A DNA stretch of 63,011 nucleotides, counting the filler, from Phoronis australis (Eukaryota > Animalia > Phoronida): NCBI GenBank assembly GCA_002633005.1. It is 6 parts of 6 records of this genome, joined end to end, with 100 filler letters (N's around TTAATTAATTAA, not from the genome) between each part and the next. Parts side by side here need not be neighbours in the genome. Positions count along the whole stretch, not along the records: positions 52,044 to 56,418 come from NMRA01002611.1; positions 56,519 to 58,663 come from NMRA01003831.1; positions 58,764 to 63,011 come from NMRA01002649.1; 3 more parts are not named here. One strand, written 5' to 3'. The notes beneath the pieces were generated by a model that saw only the letters and a program-made list of their open reading frames with translations, was not told where the DNA came from and did no database searches. Positions 53,004-63,011 of the stretch are shown piece by piece (the first letter of the stretch is position 1; every line of letters begins with the position of its first letter). Position numbers and translations under genes: made by a program.

Positions 53004-54849
53004 GCTTTGCTCAATACATAGTAAGGCTCATTGAATGACCTTAGTGAGACTATAGGTTAAGTGAGACTACAGACTACAGACAGCTATACTTCCGGGTTTC
53101 TGAGTTCCGATCGTGACGCTTTTCGCTATCAAATACCAGTAAAATGCGACTACGGGGACGCAAATGACTTAGAAGATCACGGGCTGGTCGTGGTCTCTCA
53201 ATTCACTGTGACCTCAGTGAACCTAGGCTTTGCCGGGGAAAGGGCGCGTTCCGAGGCTTCGTCATGTGCTCCGGGCATGGGCCTAATCTAATAATAAGTA
53301 GTGGGCGATACGGCTACATAGTGATCAAACCGCCAACGCTCTCCACCGATATTCTATTTCGTCAAACGTAAGCACACCCAAGGCAGGGGTAACACTAAAT
53401 GCTACAGTTCTTCGTGAACAAAGCGAAAGCGGACTTACCTGTTGTGTTTGCGGTATCGCTTTGCATTTCAGCGCCCTCTAACGAGAGATGTGTCATCTCG
53501 GGACTGGACCCAGACATATTTCGAAGACACGAACAATCCGCGTATTCCCCGTTAACAAGTATTGAAATTGAAACAAGAGCAACGAAATANNNNNNNNNNN
53601 NNNNNNNNNNNNNNNNNNNNNNNNNNNNNNNNNNNNNNNNNNNNNNNNNNNNNNNNNNNNNNNNNNNNNNNNNNNNNNNNNNNNNNNNNNNNNNNNNNNN
53701 NNNNNNNNNNNNNNNNNNNNNNNNNNNNNNNNNNNNNNNNNNNNNNNNNNNNNNNNNNNNNNNNNNNNNNNNNNNNNNNNNNNNNNNNNNNNNNNNNNNN
53801 NNNNNNNNNNNNNNNNNNNNNNNNNNNNNNNNNNNNNNNNNNNNNNNNNNNNNNNCACCCCCCCTCCCCCTTCCCCTACCTACAACCCGCCCCCCTCCCC
53901 CTACCTACACTCGCACCAAGTTCCAGCCAGCCCCGGCGATGACGGTTTTCACTCATGGGAAGCCGACGCTGATAACCGCCTAGGCACAGGCAGGCCGGCG
54001 TAGCCCAGAGCACTGAAACTCGTTTATACTGCAACATAAAGTTGTGAACGTGTTTTACTGAGAAATTGTTTTGGTTCGATTTTCTGTCGGTCACTGAGGA
54101 AACTTAAGTTGCGAAACCGATCGAACTTGTCAGCCCGGCAGCGGCCGGGACATGATACTTGAAATAAGACATGACCCACGAACGCCTTATGTTTATTTTC
54201 CAGTAATATAGATTAGGCCTGTTATAAAAATATCGCAGTACTATCTTATGGTGTGCCCGAAATTACTGGCGCTCACATATTTTTTTTTGAAAAAATGCTA
54301 CTTTTGGCCACGTAAATCAGAGAATATGAGTATTAGTTCCAGAGCGTCGGGAAAAAAACAATTATAAACTCGATAGGCCTATTACTTTCCAGACAAACAG
54401 GTGGACTTTAAAGGCCCCTGAGCCGAGCTAGATGGGTATGGGAGGCAAATGTCCTGGCTACAGTTCAAGAATTATTATGATATTTTAGGCTGTATATTGT
54501 CGTAACTTGAATTTATTTTGTAGATGAGCCAGAAATCTGCTCAGTGAAATAAAAAGTCGGTCTTGTGCAGTTTTCCCGCATAAAGGCCACTGTTTGGCGC
54601 CGAAAATACTGACCCCAAAATTGTAGAAAAAATAACCAAGACTCAACTGTAAAGCAGGCTCGTGGACCCAGTTCGGATATTTTCCTAATAAAGTCCCACG
54701 AGTGTACAATTGGGGGGTATACTTGTGGAAATTCCCGAAATCGTAATACACCTACAATGTATTCAGACATAACTTTATACAGATACAATCAAACTTCGTG
54801 ATTACTTGCTCTGAAGCCATAACTGTAAGTTCTTCTCAAGCGTACAAAT

Positions 54850-55024
54850 AAGTGGCGGATTTAGAGGCCAAGGTGCTGGCTATGCGCCCCCCCCCCCAAA
54901 AAAAAAAACTCTCCCAGATTCCACTTGGCAGTTCGGGGGTCGGGTGCGAATGTCTGACGGGCAAAATCCCGGCTAATACTGTGTCCTGCCCTCCCCCCAA
55001 CTAAGAATCCTGGATCCGCCCCTG
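54850..55024. mobile_element. hAT-like MITE, same terminal family as 41190
   Basis: agtggcggattt ... ggatccgcccctg termini with internal C-runs. Confidence 0.55.
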
Positions 55025-56348
55025 CAAATCATTTATAGTTTGCATATGGAACAAAGCGACACCCACCGGCTTATGACGGTAAGAGGCCTTAAATCAGAAG
55101 GTGGATTTTGGCAAAGTCGCTGGTTTATTTCCTTTAAGTTAACGGAGGAAACAAGTATTGTCAGGTGAACTCGCCCAAATGTCTTAAACTTCATGTTTTT
55201 GACAAAACGCCAGTCTACCAGGCATGTGATGTTTATACCTTTTAAAATACACGGCTTTACGAATGTGGTCATAACGTAGAATTGTTGTGAGGACTTGACA
55301 GGGACCTCAGGGGTCTCACACTCCACTGATTTATCCATGTTATTTTGAAAACGCTTTGCCCAGTCTGCACACATTGTGTAACATAAAAGAGATAAGCATA
55401 CCTGCAGCTGACGCAGCAAGTAGATGTACTCTCGTTTATCACATTGGTGTAGACTCACTGTTGAACTGTGGTTTTTCTGTTAACCCCAGACCTTCCGGAG
55501 TTGCACCATATAGCAACTCAGGACGGTCTCTCACGACTATTTAGCGTTATTAGTGCGTATTGTGACTTGAATCGTTTTAGTTGATTTCTATAAAATAAAC
55601 TTAATAAAAAGAACATTTTCTCAAACGCAGACCACTTCTGAAAGTGTCAGGTGGTTCGTGAGTCTTCTCTCCTTTTCTAATCTTCTAACTGTGTTTTGTG
55701 CCTAGAAACCCGCCGTTAAACAGTCCGATAGTTGCAAGTTGGGTGAACAATGCTGCCAGAAACAGGCAATAAAACACCGATGAAGCAGGTCAGAACGATA
55801 CAGTTTGTATCACGTAACTTGCTTACAGTGCCACAATTTGGGTTTAGATTTTTTATTTATTTGCTTTTATACAAGTCAGCTACAAACGATCAGAATACCA
55901 TTTAGACCAAATGACAAACAATATATAAAATTGACCATACTAAAATGGCTGATTATTTCAAAAAAGTACACCCTGTAACATTTCTCTTGATAAAGTTTGA
56001 CTCGGTTTTTGAGGAAGCGTCACGGCAATAAAATAAGAACAAATACCCTTCAATTTATTTTATTAAAGCAAAACACCCTAAAATACAGTACAGTGCACAC
56101 CAACACGTAAAATATCTGTCGCTTAAAGTGCCTATTATAAATTCACCTTCCTTTACAAAAACACATTTTGATTTAGACCACTTACAAAATTGTCTCAAAT
56201 TAATTGCAAAGGTCCTCAGATACAAGCAAAAGTATTTTTTACCCATTCAGCTTTCGTCCACGAGCTGAGGACTTCGTTAGAATGGCACGACCTTCATACG
56301 CAAGGCGCATGCGCAGACAACAACCGATCGTATCAAATTATTACTTAA

Positions 56349-56418
56349 AGGCGAAGGCAACCTTTTTCCATGTCATTTTGAGCTAAAATAAGGTTGGTTG
56401 GTTATCCTAGACATATTT
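56349..56418. mobile_element. Second copy of the Kolobok-like MITE, truncated at contig end
   Basis: TTAA followed by aggcgaaggcaacctttttccatgtc..., nearly identical to the arms at 2609 and 3576. Confidence 0.85.
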
Positions 56419-56518
56419 NNNNNNNNNNNNNNNNNNNNNNNNNNNNNNNNNNNNNNNNNNNNTTAATTAATTAANNNNNNNNNNNNNNNNNNNNNNNNNN
56501 NNNNNNNNNNNNNNNNNN

Positions 56519-57490
56519 GCTGTCTCTTGCAAATATTGATACCTTCTATCTTGACATCTTGATTGCTTGGGAAGAAATTAGTGCTCATTTACATAAGGAT
56601 ATAACAATTGTAAACCAAGTAGTGTGGAATAACAAAAACATATTGATTAATAGGAGGACTGTATTCTTTAATAGTTTCTTCGAGGTTGGTATCACTTTTG
56701 TGAAGGATCTTTTAAATTTTGAAAATAACTTTCTGACATGGGAGGTTTTGAAAAATAGATACATGTATAAGCTTTCAAATTGGATTCATTATGCTGCTTT
56801 GAGACGTGCAATTAAGTTGAAAACTGATCCTTCGATTTCAAAATGCATACATCCCCAGTCAAGCCAAATTACTAAGGTGACATTTATTCTAGACAACAAA
56901 TTAAGCAAATTTATGTTCTTCCACACAAACTCTTGTTACCCCCTTATGTTAAAACCTTTAAATACTTCTATATTCATAGAAAAGTATTTACAAAATTTAA
57001 TTTGAAAAAGATGAACATAGTAAGTGATGACAAGTGTGCATCTTGTGGAACTTTGGGAACTTTTAACCATATGTTTGTGGAATGTGGTTCTATGAAAACT
57101 TTGTGGTGCGAAATTCAGAAACTTTTAATTTACGTAACTGCACAACACGACTTAATCTTAGACAAAAATGTTATTTTGACAGCATATTTTGGATGTAATT
57201 TTGAAGATATCAATTATTAACTATTTGCCAGTATTTCATCCATAAATGTTCTAGAAACCAGATTATTAATGGATGTTCATAATTTCAATGTTACTTGCAT
57301 AATTATTGTAAAGTAAGGAATATACAACCCCGTAAAACTGCCTTTTGGGAAAGCATCAATGCCTATTTGTTTTAGACCAACCGTGAATTTCTATTATATG
57401 TGTGTGTGTGTGTGTGCCTGTGTTTAATTTGCAAATGTCTTATTGTTTGTAAATATTAGTGTATTTAGAAATAAAATGTATTAAAATTCT
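56519..57490 (+). mobile_element. Non-LTR retrotransposon (L1/Tx1-type) 3' relic
   Basis: Disrupted ORF2 C-terminus: VWNNKNILINRRTVF...GITFVKDLL and zf-RVT-like CASCGTLGTFNHMFVECGSMKTLW. Followed by (TG)n and AATAAA near 57470. Confidence 0.85.
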
Positions 57491-59697
57491 AAAAAGGCAC
57501 AATCAAAGAGGACACAGGATAAACAAGACATTTGACGATCACTTTCAATTCGAAATTTGAAAATGCCTTTATCGTATTATGCTAGTAAACGTACAAAAAT
57601 GCAACCTATNTGCTATTTTGTTTTGTTTGTTGGTCGATTTTATGGCATTTACCACGAACTACTTTTTGTGAGATCTCTCGCTGCCATATACATTTAGCTT
57701 AGCTACTCATAGACATTTACTGCTAGACTCCCTTGTTACATGTACTGTACATTAAGCCTCCTTTAATCGTCTGCACGAGCACGCTAACACTACGCGAGCG
57801 AAGTTGGCCGGATACGGCCCGATGATTACGTGAAGCACTTTAAATCAGAAACAAATTCAAAATTATTACTAGCTTACATATTGTAGTAATAAACTTGTTA
57901 TTGTTGTCGTTGTCCATCTATATCCTATCTTTAACAGATAAGCTGCAGATGGACGTTTTTTCGCGAACCCCCCCGGCTGGCTACGGGCCTGCAACGTAAT
58001 CAGCTTTCGAGGGTTTCAAAGAGTTGACCACTGTATTCATCAAAACAAACGTACATGTAGCCTGTGACACTAAACTGGTTTGATTTAAAACCCCATGTTT
58101 CACTCACTGCTACTACATGCAGGTATCTTGTATCGGATTGTTAGGTATCTGCCCTGTAGCCTGTGCGCTTTCTTGGAAACTCGCGTGTGCGATACTTTCG
58201 TTGTCTTTGGGTCTTTAAGCATCGTTACACAAGTTCCTGAGTTTACGTTGGCCGTGCATTGAGTGACATTTTGATAGCTGTCGAGTAATGACACTTGTTA
58301 ACATCATGTACTGCTATGCCCACTCCTATGGAGATTACGTGGTTTCATGTCCATCAGAAGTTTAACAAAGTATGCCAGTAACTTACAGTAAGACTAAAAA
58401 TTTAAGGAAGTTGAAGACCGAAGACGAAAACTCAGGAAAGACGGCTTCGTGAGCAAAGTCGTTTTTGGTATTAAGGTTAACCTAGGCAGAAATAAAATCG
58501 GTTTTTGACATAAGCTATCATACATGTACACATACGGTATACACCTTTACCACCTAAATGCTTAGTGTGGACCTCATGAAACGCATCGTTTCTGTAATTT
58601 TTCATATTTTACAGCAAGTCGCTCACTTAGTGGACTCGGGCGTCGTGTGGGTCGGGATTCTAANNNNNNNNNNNNNNNNNNNNNNNNNNNNNNNNNNNNN
58701 NNNNNNNTTAATTAATTAANNNNNNNNNNNNNNNNNNNNNNNNNNNNNNNNNNNNNNNNNNNNTGCAACACTAAACTGGTGTTAACACATATAAGAAAAT
58801 TGATGATTTTTAAATAAAAAGTATGAGGAGTAAGAAAAACAAGTTCCAATATTCACTTGACATAGAAGTATGAAAGAGTTCGTGGAGACAGTTTGAGATT
58901 CATAGATCCTTATAATTGAAAAAAATGTTCATTGAAATTATAGACACATGGTGAACAGACTCCTGGTGGCTGCCAAAAGTATTGCTCACAGGCTACTTTA
59001 GTTTTTGGCAATGTTGGACAAGACAACTAGTTCTTGTCTGTCAATCATCTAAGTTCTTAACAGGTCCTGGAGGCAATTTGTTTGCAAGTGTTGGATTTTG
59101 TATTTTAACCTATTAAAAATAATTAAAAAATTATGGGTCATGGGTTAGAGAAATAAATGAAAAATATGGGCGGTGGGTACGAAATAAAAGTGCCTTCCCC
59201 CCTCTCATACAGATTTCGCTGGAACAGCCCTGAGTCCTGAAAGACTGACTAGAGCTGTTTTGTTGTTTTAATGATTTCTTAGTAAAACCATTTAATAGTG
59301 GTGGGCATGAAAAACTTGCTTTTCTGGAAACACAGGTATTCAGAATGGCATCGGGTAGTGCAGCTATAATTGTGTACCTTTGATAGCCCTGTGTGTATAG
59401 TAAACTTTGCTCTTGTCACAAAAACAATGGGCGACTGTCTTAGAAATTCAAAAATGTAACGTAAAATTTGACAAAAAATGGTAAAACTGATGTTGGCAAA
59501 TAATGAGTATTGTTTAGCTTTGCATATTTTTCATGGTCACAAGCTTGAAATGCGTGTTCAAGATCAGTTAAGCTCAGTCTCGGTGTTAAAACATGCAGCT
59601 CAGTTCAGTTAGGCAAAAATGGCCTCTTTATGTTTTCATTGAACATTAAGAAAATGTAACGTTCGTGTTCCTTAACCTAGAGTGTGTGTATTTGTAG

Positions 59698-62639
59698 AAC
59701 CCTGATGAAGGCGAGGAAGTGTCGGAAGAAGGTAGGTCTTCGACTGTGGTATAGAGAAAATACATCAAAATCAGCGGATGGTGAAGTTATTACAGTGAAA
59801 CAATTTGTTGACTGTATTTTTTTGACAGTTTACATAAATAATTAAGTTCCTTTACTGTGTCGCAAAGCTCATGGACAAGTGAAACTGCGTGTTGCATGAA
59901 AATGTTAAAGTCATGAATTTGGGGAGCATAGATGTCTGTCTATACATATGATGTGTCTTTAATAGAAAGTTTTGTTTGATTCTTATAACAATCCCCTGGT
60001 CACTGATAAGACCAATCACTGGTTTAGCATGGAGTTTGGTTCTTGCGTTAATGTAGTGTGATTATGCTCTCCAGAAGTTGAAGAGGAATCTGAGCCAGAG
60101 CCCGAACCAACCACCTTCGTGGCACACGCACCGCCCAAGCCTGACTTCAAGAGTAAACCTCCGCGGGAAGTTGGCTCTGGCGACGAGTCGGACGACAGCA
60201 CAGACTGGGGATCGTCCGAATCGGAGTCGTCGTCGTCTGAGGACGAGGATCAGTATAAAGATAATCCATCTGCTAAGTTTCTCAAGAAGTAGGTTGGATT
60301 TGGTTCGTTTTAAGGATGTTGTTGAAAATGGTGTCTTGTGGTTTTGTACATTGGCTGAGCTGATGAAGTAGGCATCAAGCTCTGTATCAGGTTAGATATA
60401 AACTGTGTCTCTGTATGAATATATAGAAATCTTCTCAGACTTGGGTTCATTAGGTCTCATGATGTGGCCAACAGCTGGCGTGCAGCCCGGACTTGAAATG
60501 TTTGCGATCTGTATTGTTTCCATAGAAAACCAACTGAGGTTGACAAGGAGAAGGCAGAGAAGCCGAAGAAAGAGAAGAAGAGGAGAGAGAAGAAGGTGGA
60601 AGAAGAGGATGATGAAGAGTGGACAGAAGTGAAAGGGGGTGCACCAATGATTCAGGTGAGAGGCCTTAGCATATGTATTCCTATGAATGTCTAAAACATC
60701 CATGTTATAATGATTTGTGGATGATCTGACTACTTCAGTGCTCCCTGGTGGCATTTTTGTGTCGAGTTCATTATCTACCAACTTCCTTGCTGGATGTTCA
60801 TGAAACGTGGTATGCGTTTGTAGAGTCGCCTGGTACCAATTTTGTTTTTGCATTTGCCTTGCTATCTACCAAGTTGGACAACCGTAGTGCCCTCTGTTGT
60901 CCATTTTTGTTACTGACAAGACATTGGATGTCTATTGTTGTAAAAATGGCTTGACAGTTTGATACAGCGTAGAACTGTATGGCTTGGATGTGTCAGCAAC
61001 AACCAGTTTTCAGCTTTGACCAAGTTGGACTCACTTTATATATTACACGATACTGTTCAACAATCCTAGAGGCACAGTGTTTGCGGCGCAGTACTCACAG
61101 GTGAATTTTGATTCCTGTCTTTGCGTTGCTCTTGTTGAGAAACGTCTTTTCAAAAGATGTCATGTTGGATTGTATAGTTAAAGTTGTCATTATCTTTGTT
61201 ATCATTCTAACAACTGCTAATGCACCTACTTCTCAGGAGAAGCCCAAAATGTTTGCCAAGGATCAGGAGATCAATTGTGAGGTGGTCATAAAGAAACTCA
61301 TGGAGATCATAGCCGCGCGTGGCAAGAAGGGCACCGATCGCACTGAACAGATCGACCTCTTGACTGAACTGCAGGAGGTGGCCAAAGCCAACAATCTCGG
61401 TAACGGCATCCACGTGAAGATTATGTTCCACATCATTGCTGCTGTTTACGATTACAATCCTAACATCTCCACGTGCATGAAGTCGGATATCTGGCTCAAG
61501 TGAGTTTTTACACGTCATAATTTAGTTTAGAAAAAGAGACGTCAAAGAAATTTGCTTTTTTTGTCATTGCCAGTAAGAAAGTTGGTGGAAATGCTTCTTT
61601 GTCGGCTGTATGGGAGTTAAGCGAGCTGTTATGGCGGTCCTTCCTGGGGAGCTCAGATTAAAGATTTTTTACTTCGAAAGTTTTCTGTCCTTGGTAGTTC
61701 TAATGGCCTGTGATTGATGGCTGTGGCGTTCTTTTATTTGCGGTTAACTATAATTTTGTCATTGATCATTGGGTGCATAGCACACTGGTACTTGTTGTTT
61801 GTATTGACACGCATGTGTTTTCTTTCTCCCAGAAATGTCTAACATTTTTATATTCCCTGATGATGATATACACAGACCTGTCCTGAAAATTTGATGACAG
61901 ACTTGTATCTGAAGACAAAAGAATGACACTGAAATGTTTTTCTGAGATTTTGTTGTCAGATTTTTCCCAGATTTCTCACTTGAGTTGACTGTGTTGTCGT
62001 TGCTGTACAGGTGTTTGGGGAATATCAGGGAGTTGCTGGAAATGCTTATAGAGCACTCGGATGACATCACAGTGAGCCAGTATATCCCAGAGGACCGTGA
62101 GAACGTAGAAACGGCACCCTACCGGGTGAGGGGCTGCATGATGACCATGGTGCAGCGGATGAACGAAGAGTTCACAAAGATGTTACAGGCGTGTGACGCT
62201 CACAGCACAGAATACGTCGACAGGTAAGTCAACAACGCACGTTTTCAGTAAAGGTGATTAATCATCTCATTTTGTGTCAGTTGTTCGTCATGAATGTGAA
62301 ATTCAAGTTGCCTTTTGTGTACAGGTCCTATGGTAGCTCTATGGATTGGTGCTTTGGGTTTTTGTTTTCTCCTATGACGATTTCCACAGACCTGTCCTGA
62401 TATTTGATGACAGATTTTATTCCGAGGAGATCCCTGTTACTTAGTAACGTCTAACAATCGATATCGGTGCTTTTGTTCTCTCATGCTGCTGCACAAATGT
62501 CGTGCATTACAGACTGAAGGATGAACAGATGGTGTGTGACATCATAGATCAGCTGATTGTGTACCTGGAGAAGATTTCCTGTACCACAGAAGAGCTTTGT
62601 AGAGCCTACCTTATAAAAGTGGAGCATGTCTATTACAAG
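59698..62639 (+). CDS. EIF3C: Eukaryotic translation initiation factor 3 subunit C, internal exons (partial at both ends)
   Basis: Exons 59698-59731, 60075-60288 (acidic/Ser-rich, [11 protein letters not shown]...KFLK), 60526-60655 (EWTEVKGG), 61237-61499 (EKPKMFAKD...[13 protein letters not shown]...YDYNPN), 62011-62223 (YRVRGC...[20 protein letters not shown]) and 62513-62639 (LKDEQ...LCRAYL..VEHVYYK). All are phase-consistent. Confidence 0.96.
61855..61916 (+). ncRNA. SNORD25: Box C/D snoRNA U25/SNORD25 (snR56)-like, copy 1
   Basis: Box C ATGATGA 61860-61866; guide CACAGACCTGT complementary to conserved 18S ACAGGUCUGUG; D' CTGA 61883-61886; C' TGATGA 61892-61897; D CTGA 61909-61912. Intronic, about 100 nt from the 3' splice site. 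Confidence 0.85.
62368..62430 (+). ncRNA. SNORD25: Box C/D snoRNA U25/SNORD25 (snR56)-like, copy 2
   Basis: Terminal stem tctcc/ggaga; variant box C ATGACGA 62374-62380; same guide CACAGACCTGT; D' CTGA 62397-62400; C' TGATGA 62405-62410; variant D CCGA 62422-62425. Confidence 0.82.
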
Positions 62640-62805
62640 GTAAGGGTAAGACAGCCTCTGTTTACCTTTAGGCACGAATTTAACTTCAAATTTATATATC
62701 CGTGCTATGCTGTTTCAAGATCTCACAAACGGAACATACTTGAGAAAAGCACTTTGTTATGGATGTAAGACAAAGCTACGTTTTCACTTAAAATGACACT
62801 AAACC

Positions 62806-63004
62806 CTGTTTTGATGATTTCAACCAATCCTCGTTGTGTCACCTGCTAATGGATCATTGGCGTCAATCTTGAAAGATATAGGTTGGAATCGACTAAAAAC
62901 TCCCTATCTCACAAATTGGATATTACGGTTGGTGGTGGGTGCTCTGTTCCCGCCATTGCCGTGTAATTCGGTAAAAGCATAGGTCTCACTTGCCCACTGA
63001 GCAG
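62806..63004 (+). ncRNA. Candidate long box C/D RNA (orphan snoRNA or scaRNA)
   Basis: Terminal stem ctgt/gcag; TGATGA at 62812-62817; CTGA at 62997-63000; two internal stems. Located in an intron of a gene that hosts other snoRNA candidates. Confidence 0.45.
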
Positions 63005-63011
63005 ACTTTGA

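Noticed and set aside
22478-58763. TTAATTAATTAA within five 100-nt N blocks (22478, 48108, 51944, 56419, 58664)
   Set aside because: Identical six-frame-stop linker centred in Ns; an assembly spacer, not biology.
60350-60475. Possible H/ACA snoRNA in a short eIF3c intron
   Set aside because: One hairpin plus ANANNA and ACA are present, but the second hairpin and a target could not be supported.

Overview
This is a gapped draft-assembly window from an intron-rich marine invertebrate, most likely a lophotrochozoan (inferred from a cerebrin-type PDF neuropeptide). Most of the supplied ORF track is noise, so genes were rebuilt by hand from GT-AG exons. From left to right the genes are: (1) the 3' part of a PAL-type peptide-amidating lyase (+); (2) a PDF/cerebrin precursor ending KR-NAGTRDMMYNLPDFHKI-GK (-), tail-to-tail with the lyase; (3) the last exon of an SdsA1/BDS1-type alkylsulfatase (-); (4) the 3' end of VWA3A (+); (5) a complete 11-exon DNAAF5/HEATR2 (-), convergent with VWA3A; (6) a small orphan two-TM gene (+); (7) after a transposon-rich block, internal exons of eIF3c (+). 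The eIF3c introns host two U25/SNORD25-like box C/D snoRNAs and a candidate long orphan C/D RNA. Repeats include Kolobok-like, pogo and hAT-like elements, foldback MITEs, a HINE, SINE-like cassettes, LINE and Penelope relics, and satellites. Five 100-nt N spacers containing TTAATTAATTAA are artificial contig joins, so adjacency across them is not reliable. Family assignments rest on recalled motifs; no searches were run.
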